The notes below the pieces were generated by a model. That model did not search any database and had not been told where the DNA came from. It was given only the letters and a program-made list of their open reading frames with translations. From Phaeosaccion multiseriatum (lineage: Eukaryota; Protista; Ochrophyta, other classes), in contig OZ218951.1 of assembly GCA_965112735.1 (NCBI GenBank), positions 930,001 through 994,000 on the forward strand: a stretch of 64,000 nucleotides of DNA. Reading direction: 5' to 3'. The position numbers and the translations under genes were made by a program. The stretch's first letter is position 1. The number at the start of each line of letters is the position of its first letter. Below, piece by piece: positions 50,301 to 62,300 of this stretch.

Positions 50301-53300
50301 TGGATTACCTCTTGTCTGTTCTTCACTTTTGCTAACCCTCAATTCCTCATGGTCAGGCGCTGCAAGACGTTCGACGCTGCGGCCAACGGTTATGTTCGAG
50401 GTGAGGGCTGCGGCGCCGTGGTGCTGAAGCGACTGGACGATGCACAGACCAATGGCGACCACATCCTTGCTGTCGTCAATGGCTGTGCTACGAACCACAA
50501 CGGGAGAAGTTTGCGCTACACTGCCCCGAGCCCTTCTGCTCAGCAGCGTCTGGTGGAGCAGGCACTGGCGGAGGCCGGCTTGAGCGGTCTGGAGATTGAT
50601 TACGTGGAGGCACACGGCACCGGGACTTCTCTCGGCGACCCCATCGAGATGAGTGCTTTGAGAGCCGTGTATGGCCATGGCCGCGAGGAAGCTCGGCCCC
50701 TGGTGGTTGGGGCGGTGAAGACTAATATCGGGCATCTAGAGGCTGCGTCCGGAATCGCTGGCCTCATCAAAGCTCTGCTGGTCCTTCAGCATGGATCTGC
50801 TCCCCCCAATCTCCACATGAAGAAGCTCAATCCGGAGCTTTGTTTGGATGGTTTTCCGGTGACTTTGCCGTCTGCCATGGTGCCACTAAGTGCCAGGGAT
50901 GGGGAGAGGCGTACTGCTGGTGTCAGCTCCTTCGGTGCGGGAGGAGCCAACGCCCATGTGGTGCTCAGCAGCTTCGGACCGACTCTAGTAGAGGAGAGCG
51001 AGAGCGGAGCCTTGCTGCAGCTTGATGTGCAGCAAAGCAAGAAGAGATCGCCGGTGACGTTCTTGTTCACTGGACAGGGCTCGCAGTACGTGGGCATGGG
51101 CAGAGAGCTGTACGAGAAGGAGGGCGTGTTCCGCGAGTGCGTGCAGCAGTGCAGTACGCTGCTCATGGAGCGGGCTTGGCTGGACAAGTCTGTGGTGGAG
51201 CTCATGTACCCTGCCGCCGCTGAGGACGGGGGGGAGGAGGAGGAGGAGGAGACTGCACAAGCGCTGCTGAAGGAGACACGCTACTGCCAGCCGTGCCTGT
51301 TTGTGCTGGAGTACGCCCTGTGTGAGCTGTGGAAGTCGGAGGGCGTGGAGCCGTCCATGGTGATGGGCCACAGCCTGGGCGAGGTGGTGGCGGCGTGCGT
51401 GGCCGGCGTCATATCGCTGGAGGATGGACTGATGCTGTCCGCCAAGAGAGGAGCCGCCATGCAGGCCTGCCCCGAGGGCAAAGGAGTGATGTTCGCAGTA
51501 AGGGCAGGCAAGGAGGCGACTCTGGCGAGCATTGACGCTGCAGGAGGAGCAGGCGAGGTGGTGCTGGCGTCGTCGAATGGACCGAGCGCGAGCGTGATCT
51601 CTGGAGCTCGCAGCGCTGTGGACAGGGTGGTGGAGAAGCTCACGGCGGATGGGGTGGGCTGCAAGGCCCTGGAGGTGCCGCACGCCTTCCACTCCCCTCT
51701 GATGGAGCCCGCTGTACGTGCGCTGGAGGAGGTTCTGAGGCAGGTGTCCTTCAGCGCCCCACGCATTCCCCTGGTGTCCAACGTGACGGGTGAGGTGGTG
51801 AGAGAGGAGGAGGTGACGCAGGCGAAGTATTGGGTGCAACACATGCTGTCGCCAGTGCTGTTCGCGGAAGGCATCCATACGGTGGTGGAGCACTGGATGG
51901 GAGACGGGAGGGGGGCTGACCTGAGCATCGTTGAGGTGGGCCCCAGCCCTGTGCTGAGCAGTATGGGGGCCAAGTGCGAGCGTCGCGAAGGGCTGGTGTG
52001 GATCTCTTCTCTCACGCGCGGGAAGAGCTCCGAGAATTCGTTTCGAGCAGCTCTGAGCACAGTGCAGCAGCCAGAGAGTAAGGGCGAGGAGCACATCCTG
52101 TTCCCAACGCGCAAAGCCTTTCCTTGGTACACAGCGCGAGCCACAGCAGCACCTCAGCCGCAGAGTGAAGCTGAGCAGGGCCCGCTCTATGTTGTTGAGT
52201 GGGAGGCGGTGGAGGTGCCCACGGCTTCGCAGCAGGCTTCGCTGACCGGCCGCCTTCCATGGCTCGTCGTGATTCCCCAGGCAGCTGAAGAGCAGCACGC
52301 TTCGAACAACCACAGATCCTTGGAAGCTGTCCGAAGCGCAGCGACAGCAAGTGGTGTAGAGGTGCACGTGGTGGAGGCGGTCGGTTCAGACGCGCAGCCC
52401 CGTGGGGCCCATCTCTTCTACTTGACGTCAGCATCGGGCTCTGCCACCGATGGGGCAATCCACTTTGTGCAAACTGTACAGAGCTTAGACGGGGACGCGG
52501 CAGTGATGCCGATCACGGTGGTGACAACGGGTGTGTACAGCGGTGCTGGTTGGCAGGACAGCTGGGCCGTGGGACTGGTGAGAAGCGTACGCCTGGAGCG
52601 GGGCGACCTCGATGTGAACCACATCGACCTTGAGTATGCCATGTATCCACAGTCTGAGGATGCTCGACCTAGAGTAGAGAACATGGAAGCCCAAGCTGTC
52701 TCCCAGGCTGTGACGCTGGCTGCAGGAGCCCGCGACGGCGGCCGAGGCGTTGACCTGCTGGTTCGAGAGAGTGAGCTCCTCGCTCCGAGGCTCGTGCCCA
52801 GCACACTCCATCTGACATCGGCAGGAGTCGATCGCTTCACGTGCAGAGAGGATGGGACCTACCTGATCAGCGGTGGTCTGGGGGGGCTGGGCCTGGTGAC
52901 GGCGAATCACTTGGTCTCCCAGGGCGCTCGACACCTGCTCCTCCTGTCTCGAAGCGGCCGGGCGGCGGAAGAAGTTTCAGAGCTGTGGCAGGCCCTGCAG
53001 AGTATGGAGAGTGTCACCGCTGTGGCCGTGACCTGCGATGTGTCCGACATGAGCCAGCTTCGAGATGCTGTAGCCAGCGCTTTAGTGGGCCTGCCTCATG
53101 TTCGGGGCGTGGTCCACGCAGCGGGGGTGAATGGCGCAAAGAGAATGTTGTCGGGCGAGACGGAAGAGAACGTGCGAAATGTCTTTGCCGCCAAGGTCCA
53201 GGGAGGTTGGAATCTCCACGCGCTGTGCCTTGAGTGGGCGGCGAGCGGCAGGAAGGAGATCGACTTCTTCGCATCGTACTCATCGACCTCCGCTTTGCTT

Positions 53301-56300
53301 GGCTTGTCCAATCAGAGCGCCTATGCCGGGGCCAACGCTGCTTTGGACGGGCTGATGCGCTACCGCCGACGCCAGCTTGGCCTTCCTGCTTCCAACGTTC
53401 AGTGGGGCCCATGGGGCGACGTAGGTATGGCGGTGCGGCTTGAAATGGTGTCGAAAGCTGCGGAGATGGCCGGAGTGGGCCTGATCTCATCGGCGCTGGG
53501 TATGAAGGCTCTGGAAGCCGTTCTTGCAAGTCAAGCGCAAGCCAACGGGCAGGAGGTGGCTGTCATGCCGGCCATGAGGTGGGGCAGATTTCGAGCGAGC
53601 TTGGACCCGGTGCTCAGCGATTTCCTCGGGCAGTTGACGGACCGCTGGGAAAGTGGTGAGGCGACAAAGTGCTACAGCGTCAATGCCGAGGTGCGGGAGG
53701 AGCTCCTGCACTTGCCGGAGTCCGCACGGCGGGAGAGGATCGAGCAAGTCCTGACGGACATGGTGGTCGAGTGCGTTGGCGAGGACTTGATCATTACATC
53801 TACAATGCCTTTGATGGAAGCCGGACTCGATTCGATGGCGGCCGTGGAGTTTGGCAAGCGAATCGAGGCCTGGTGTGGTGTCACCATGTCGAGCGGCGCC
53901 TTCTTTACGTATCCATCAGTGTCTGCAATGGCTTCATGGATCGAAGAGGAAGTGCTGGGAGCGGACTCGGGGCCGCTGAGTGAGCCTGATGATCAAGCAA
54001 CAGGTCTTTCGCACTACTCCTTGGATGCTGACGCCCCCGCGGCTTACCAGCAGGAGCACATGTACCTTTCGGACGTAGCACTGCGGACGACTGCCCCTGG
54101 CGGGCAGAGCGCGTACAATCTCCCAGTGGTGCTGCCGCTGCCAGTCTCGCTGATCTCCGGACGAACATCCGCTGAAATTGTGGACATGATAGCACAAGTG
54201 TTAGGCAGTATAGTGGAGCGACATGACGTGCTCCGGACGGCGCTTGAGTGGACAAAGCAGGGCTCTCTGAGGCAGGTACAGCTTGGAACTACGGCAACCG
54301 CGGTAGTGTCAGCTTGTCTCTCTTCTGCCGTGGCCAGCAGTGCTGGGGCGGCTCGGAGCCTGATCGAGGCTGATATCGCTCGTACATTCGATTTGGAGCG
54401 GAGCCAGCCTCTATGGCGTACGTTGGTCGTACACCTCCCGCAGCAGAGCGGAGTGGAGGAGCAGTATGCCGCGGTATCTACTTTCCATCATTGCATCTTT
54501 GATGGTGTATCCTACTTGCTCTTCCAGGGCGAGTTCAAGGCCACATGCGCAGCTGCCATGGCGGGGAGAGGCATTGCACAAGACCTACCGGCTCTGCCCT
54601 TCAGCTTCGCGGACTACTCCAGGTGGCAACGAGCTCGGCTGGACGGCGAAGGTCGTATTGAGGAGCTGCTTGAATACTGGCAGGGTCAACTGGCTGGTAC
54701 CAGTCCACTGCAGCTGCCTCTCCATCAGCCACATGCCCAAAAGGGCCTCAGTGGAGAAATGGTGCATGAAGATATCAGTGTGGGAGGGAGTGGGAGGGTG
54801 AAGTTGGTGCTACCCAATGCAGTGGTGGTCAAGCTAAGTAAACTGTGTGCGGATAGCTCCGCCACGCTGTTTGTGGGGCTCATGGGCGCGTTCCAAGTGC
54901 TGCTGGCTCGTGTGTGCGGAGCGGAGGATGTGGTGGTGGGCACTGCTCACTTCGGAAGAGACTTGGCGCAAGGCTTGGAGGGCGTGCTGGGATGCTTCGT
55001 CAACACCCTCGCGTTCCGTCTGGGCCTGGGAGGAAGCCCCAGCTTTCGAGAGGTGCTGCTTCGCGTACAGGTCGCGTATCTGGGTGCCATGAAGCATGCC
55101 GAGGCGCCATTCCACAAGGTGGTGGAGCGGGCCCAGCTGGGCAGAGATGATCGTGGCAAGGCGCTGCAGGCCTTCTTTGTACTGCAGGAGGCGGGTTTGG
55201 ATACTTTGAAGAATCAGGAGGCGGGAGTTGATACTTGGAAGAATAATGCGACTGACATCGAGCTATGTCTTGTGCGCAGCACGGACAGTGCGTCGGACAT
55301 GCACGGCAGCCTGTGCTACAATGCGGCGGTGCTCGACCAGGCCACAGTGGAGACCCTGGCGCGGAGCTTCCTGGCGCTGCTGAAGAGTGCAGTGGGCAGG
55401 CCGGGCGAGAGCGTGTGGAAGCTGAATCTCTTGGCACACGAGGACCGTGTGAAGGTGGTGGAGACGTTGAGCGGCGCTGCACTGGTGGCGGGGGATGGCA
55501 ATGGAGACGAGGAGGGAGGTGCAGAGGAAGCATCGCCACCACCGCCCCTCCTGCACGCGGCTTTCGAAGAGATGGCCTCTCGCAGTCCGGAGCAGGAAGC
55601 CCTGCACGAGTATGAGACGGGTCGGGTGATGAGCTACGGGGAGCTCAATGGGCATGCGAATGCGGTGGCATGCATGCTGCAGGGGAGGGGCATGGGGCCG
55701 GAGTGCCTGGTGGGGGTGCTGATTGCTGGGGACTGCGTGGAGGCGGTTGTGGCAGTGCTGGGCGTGCTCAAGGCCGGGGCGGCGTACGTGCCCCTGGATC
55801 CCGAGCATCCCGACGATAGGCTGGCGACTATCGCACAAGACGCCGGGCTGAGCATCGTTCTGACAGCAGCAACTGGGGCGGACCATGTGGAACAAGGCCT
55901 CCCCACAGGCGATAGGTCGGCTCGCACCGTCGGAGGCGCGAGCTGTGTGGATGTGAGGGCCATGATGCAGCTCGAGGCGGCTGCTACGACAGTCTCTGAG
56001 GTGGAGTGTAAGGCCGTCTATAACAATGTGGCGTATGTGATACACACTTCTGGAAGCACCGGGCGACCGAAGGGTGTGGTGGTCGAGCATAGAAACACGG
56101 CCAGCTTCATGGCGACGCTCTACCAGACGCAATTGAGCACCATAGACCCTTCGTCACGGGTGCTGCTGAGCAGCGCTTTGACTTTCGACGTGTCGGTGGC
56201 GGTGATCTTCGGGGCTCTGTCATGCGGGGCGACGCTCTGCCTGGTACAAAGGCTCTCCATGTTGAGCGAGCTGCCAGAGGTTGTGCGCTCGCTTGGGGTG

Positions 56301-59300
56301 TCGTTCTTGTGGTGTACTCCGTCACTACTGTCTTTGCTCCCACAGCCTCATGGTGGAGAAGTGGGTTTCCCGAGTCTTCGGTCGATCGCGCTTGGGGGGG
56401 AGCCGCTACAGCAAGAGCAGGTCGATTACTGGAAGCACCGAGTGCGACTGGGAAATTCTTATGGACCCACAGAGACGGCGGTGTCAGTCACCTGGCACGA
56501 GTACACACCCGGGGCCCTTTCGAGTTGGTTCGTCATCGGCAAGCCTCGAGCCGGCGTGCAAGTGTATGTGGTGGACAAGCGTCTGCAGTTGGTGCCCCAG
56601 GGCGTGGAGGGAGAGCTTTGCATTGGGGGGAGACAGCTGGCGCGTGGGTACTTGAATCGCCCAGAGCTCACGTCGAAGGCCTTCATCCCCGCGCCCTTCC
56701 TGGAGGACCAGTGCAGGGTGTATCGTACGGTAAGTCGCAATGGTAGCCCACGGGTGTGCGGCTTTGTGTGTGTGTTGTGTGTCTGTACATTCGACTTGCT
56801 TTTCGCATACCATGCAATGACAAGCAGAGAGCGCAGGGGGGGGTAGGAGGTTGATTTCTCTGCTGCCCTGTGCACTGCTCTGATCTGACGCGTGTCAAAC
56901 TTAAAACCGTTCTGACAGGGCGACTTGGTGCGGCAGGTGGCAGACGGATCGCTGGTGTTTAGGGGTCGCCGAGACTCTCAAGTGAAGGTGCGCGGCCATC
57001 GCATTGAGCTGGGCGAGGTGGAGGCTGCGCTGCTCCATCAAGAGGGTGTGAGGAGCGCTGTGGCAGCCGTGGACAGAGAGCGCGAGACGGTTGTGGCGGC
57101 TCTGACACCTTCTAGTGCCGAAGTTGATATGGTGCTGCAAGGAGTGAGCAAGCTGCTACCGGCATACATGGTGCCGAGCACGGCTGTGGCCATGGATGCT
57201 CTACCAATGACGAGCAGCGGGAAGCGAGACGTGAAAGAGGTTCTAGGAGCCATTCGAGCGACACATCATGATAGTCCTGGCAGGCAGCGGAGCATATGCA
57301 TCAGCGATGACGCACCTACGGACGACACCACCCGTCAAGTGCTCGACATTATGCGAGAGGCCATTGGGCGACCGGATCTGCGAGCCAGCGGCGACTTGTT
57401 CGCCGAGGGAGGCACTTCGCTTGACGCTGCAAGTGTTACAGCACGCATCCGCGCAGAGGTGCCAGGCTTCGAGGTGAGTGGGATGGAAGGTTGCCATAGT
57501 GGTGTGGCCGGTAGTTCCAAATGGTATTGCTAATGTAGGTCTTGCCCTTCGGATGTCTTTACTCGTTGCACTCGTTGCTGTACTCAGGCGCTCCGAGTGG
57601 CAGACATGTTCCAGACACCCACCGCGAGGGGTGTGTCTCGCTTATGTGCGAGCAGGGAGGACACACTTCCTGGCATGATGGTAATACCGCGAGTTGGCGA
57701 CCATCGTGAGGCTCCAGCGTCGTACCAACAGGAGCACATGCTGCTGTCGGACCTGGCGCTGCGAGCGGGCGACCCAGACGGGAGGGCGCGATACAACGTG
57801 CCCATGCTTCTACCCATGCCCAGCTCCGAATCGGAGAGAGAGCCCAGCGAGGTTGTGGACGGCTTGTCCCGTGCCCTGTGCGCCATGGTGGAGCGTCACG
57901 ATGTTCTGAGATTGGCGCTAGGCTGGTCACCGGAGGGGACGCTGCAGCAGGTGCGGCTGCAGACCACAGCAGCGGAGGTTGTGGCGTCAGTGCTCCTGTC
58001 CGCAGAGGCGAACAGCGTCGAAGAGGCCGAGAGCGTGCTATTGGCAGAGGCGGGGCGCCTGTTTGACTTGGAGGAGGAAAGGCCACTCTGGCGCAGCACC
58101 ATCGTCACCGTTGCACCGCCCCAGGATGGTGAGAAGGAGTACCCGCTGGGGCGGCAAGCGGTGCTGTGTGTCTTCCACCACTCCATCATGGATGGGTGGT
58201 CGTACCCACTGTTCTCGCGAGAGCTGTTGGTCCTGTGGGGGGCTGTCGTGTCTGGCCGAGAGGCGACAGAGGCGCTAGCGGCTCTGCCGTTTGGGTATGC
58301 GGACTACTCCCGGTGGCAGCGGTCGCGACTGGACGGGGACAACGGCCTGGCCCTGGAGCAGCTGTTGGAGTACTGGCAGGGGCAGCTAACGGGGGCGTCT
58401 TCACTGACCCTGCCCCTCGACCGACCGCACGGTGCTTTCGGCCCGCATCTGACGGAGACTATAGGTCAAGACGGGATTGTGGGGGGGCGCGGCGGGAGTG
58501 TTGCTGTTGTTCTGCCGGCTTCGCTCATAGTGAAGCTGAGCAAGCTATGCTCGAGTAGCTCCGCCACGCTGTTTGTGGGGCTCATGGGCGCGTTCCAAGT
58601 GCTGCTGGCTCGTGTGTGCGGAGCGGAGGATGTGGTGGTGGGCACTGCGCACTTCGGAAGGGACATGGCGCAAGGCTTGGAGGGAGTGCTGGGATGCTTC
58701 GTCAACACCCTCGCGTTCCGTCTGGGCCTGGGAGGAAGCCCCAGCTTTCGGGAGGTGCTGCTTCGCGTACAGGTCGCGTATCTGGGTGCCATGAAGCATG
58801 CCGAGGCACCGTTCCACAAGGTGGTGGAGCGGGCCCAGCTGGGTAGAAAGAGTGGTGGCAAGGCGCTACAAGCCTTCTTTGTACTGCAGGAGGGAAATGC
58901 CAGCGCCGTGGAGGAGGAGGCCCACCTGTCAGCTGGAGCACTCCACAAGATCATGACGGAGGAGGCTGGACAGCAGCAGGGCAATGACGTTAGCCAGACT
59001 GACATCGAGCTAAGCCTTGTGCGCAGCACGGACAGTGCGTCGGACATGCACGGCAGCCTGTGCTACAATACGGCGGTATTCGACCAGGCCACAGTGGAGA
59101 CCCTGGCGCGGAGCTTCCTGGCGCTGCTGGAGAGTGCAGTGGGCAGGCCGGGCGAGAGCGTGTGGAAGCTGGGTCTCTCGGCACACGAGGACCGTGTGAA
59201 GGTGGTGGAGACGCTGAGCGGCGCTGCACTGGTGGCGGAGGATGCCAATGGAGACGAGGAGGGAGGTGCAGAGGAAGCATCGCCACCACCGCCCCTCCTG

Positions 59301-62300
59301 CACGCGGCTTTCGAAGAGATGGCCTCTCGCAGTCCGGAGCAGGAAGCCCTGCACGAGTATGAGACAGGTCGGGTGATGAGCTACGGGGAGCTCAATGGGC
59401 ATGCGAATGCGGTGGCGTGCATGCTGCAGGGGAGGGGCGTGCGGCCGGAGTGCCTGGTGGGGGTGCTGATTGCTGGGGACTGCGTGGAGGCGGTTGTGGC
59501 AGTGCTGGGCGTGCTCAAGGCCGGGGCGGCGTACGTGCCCCTGGATCCCGAGCATCCCGATGACAGGCTGTCGATGATCGCACAAGACGCAGGGCTGAGC
59601 GTCGTTCTGACGACGGCAGAGGCAGCAGGCGAGTCTGAGGTGCTGGCAACCGCCGATGCCAGCTTAGCGCGGCGTGTCGGAGACGTGAGCTGTGTGGACG
59701 TGGTGGCTGTGATGCAAGTGGAGAGTACCGCGGAGCTTGTGTGCCACGCGGTGGGCGAGAGCATGGCGTACGTGATCTACACATCCGGTAGCACAGGCCG
59801 GCCAAAGGGCGTGATGATTGAGCACAGAAGCACGGCCTGCTTCATGGCGACTCTCTACGAATTCGAACTGACAGTGACAGCATCTTCGCGCGTGCTTCTG
59901 AGCAGCGCTTTGACTTTCGATGTGTCTGTGGCGTTGCTGTTCGGGACGTTGTCGTGCGGGGCGAAGCTGTGTTTGGCAGAGAAGGGCTCCCTGCTGAACG
60001 ACCTGCCGGAGCTGATACGGTGTTTCGGGGTGACGGAAGCTGAATTTACCCCCTCACTGTTGTCACTGCTGAAACCGGGAGACATTATGGAGGAGGGCAC
60101 CTTACGGTCCATCGCTTTGGGTGGGGAGACAGTGAAGCAGGATCAAGTGGACATGTGGAGGCACCATGTGCGCCTCGTTAATAGCTACGGTCCAACAGAG
60201 GCGACGGTTTCCGCGACCGCACATGAGTACTCCTCTGGGGCCCTGTCGAGCGCATCTGTCATCGGCAAGCCTCTGACCGGCGTGCAAGTGTATGTGGTGG
60301 ACAAGCGTCTGCAGCTGGTGCCTCAGGGCGTGGAGGGCGAGCTGTGCATTGGGGGGAGACAGCTGGCGCGTGGGTACTTGAACCGCCCAGAGCTCACGTC
60401 GAAGGCCTTCATCCCCGCGCCCTTCTTGACGGACCAGCGCAGAGTGTATCGTACGGTAAGTCGAAAAGGTTGCCCATGGGTGTGCGGCTTTTTGTGTGTG
60501 CGTGTATTGTGTGTACATTTGGCTTGCTTTTGGCCTGTCATGCAGTGAAAAGCAGAAAACGCACGGGGGGGGGGGATGGAGGTAGTTCTCTGTGTTGCCC
60601 TGTGCACTGCTCTGATCTGACGCGTCTCAAACTTAATACATTCTGATAGGGTGACTTGGTGCGGCAGCTGGCAGACGGATCGCTGGTGTTTAGGGGTCGC
60701 CGAGACTCTCAAGTGAAGGTGCGCGGCCATCGCATTGAGCTGGGCGAGGTGGAGGCTGCGCTGCTCCATCAAGAAGGTGTGAGGAGCGCTGTGGCAGCCG
60801 TGGACAGAGACCGCGAGACGGTTGTGGCGGCTCTGACACCTTCTAGCGCCGAAGTTGATATGGTGCTGCAAGGAGTGAGCAAGCTGCTACCGGCATACAT
60901 GGTGCCGAGCACGGCTGTGGCCATGGATGCTCTACCAATGACGAGCAGCGGGAAGCGAGACGTGAAAGAGCTTCTTAGAGCCATTCGAGAGGCACATGAC
61001 CATGGCCCTGGCAGGCAGCGGAGCCTAGGCGTCAGCGATGACGCACCTATGGACGACACCACCCGTCAAGTGCTCGACATTATGCGAGAGGCCATTGGGC
61101 GACCGGATCTGCGAGCCAGCGACGACTTGTTCGCCGACGGAGCCACTTCGCTTGACGCTGCAAGTGCCACAGCACGCATCCGCGCAGAGGTTCCAGGCTT
61201 CGAGGTGAGTGGGGTGGAGGGCTGTCTTTCTGGTGTGGCCGGTAGTTCCAAATGGTTTGCTAATATAGTTGTGTACCGTCGGATATCCTTACTCGTTGCT
61301 GTACTCAGGCGCTCCAGGTGGCAGAGATGTTCCAGACACCCACCGCGAGGGGTGTGTCTCGCTTATGTGCGAGCAGGGAGGACACGCTTCCTGGCATGAT
61401 GGTGATACCGCCTGTTGGCGACCATCGTGAGGCTCCAGCGTCGTACCAACAGGAGCACATGCTGCTGTCGGACCTGGCGCTGCGAGCGGGCGACCCAGAC
61501 GGGAGGGCGCGATACAACGTGCCCATGCTTCTACCCATGCCCAGCTCCGAATCGGAGAGAGAGCCCAGCGAGGTTGTGGACGGCTTGTCCCGTGCCCTGT
61601 GCGCCATGGTGGAGCGTCACGATGTTCTGCGATTGGCGCTAGGCTGGTCACCGGAGGGGACGCTGCAGCAGGTGCGGCTGCAGACCACAGCAGCGGAGGT
61701 TGTGGCGTCAGTGCTCCTGTCCGCCGAGGCGAACAGCATCGAAGAGGCCGAGAGCGTGCTATTGGCAGAGGCGGGGCGCCTGTTTGACTTGGAGGAGGAA
61801 AGGCCACTCTGGCGCAGCACCATCGTCACCGTTGCACCGCCCCAGGATGGTGAGAAGGAGCACCCGCTGGGGCGGCAAGCGGTGCTGTGTGTCTTCCACC
61901 ACTCCATCATGGATGGGTGGTCATCCAAGCTGTTCTCGCGCGAGCTGTTGGTCATGTGGGGGGTTGTCGCGTCTGGCCGAGAGGCGACGAAGGCGCTAGC
62001 GGCTCTGCCGTTTGGGTATGCGGACTACTCGCAGTGGCAGCGGTCGCGGCTGGACGGGGACAACGGCCTGGCCCTGGAGCAGCTGTTGGAGTACTGGCAG
62101 GGGCAGCTAACGGGGGCGTCTACACTGACCCTGCCCCTGGACCGACCGCACGGTGCTTTCGGCCCGCATCTGACGGAGACTGTAAGTCAAGATGGGATTG
62201 TGGGGGGGCGCGGCGGGAGTGTCGCTGTTGTTCTGCCGGCTTCGCTGATAGTGAAGCTGAGCAAGCTATGCTCGAGCAGCTCCGCCACGCTGTTTGTGGG

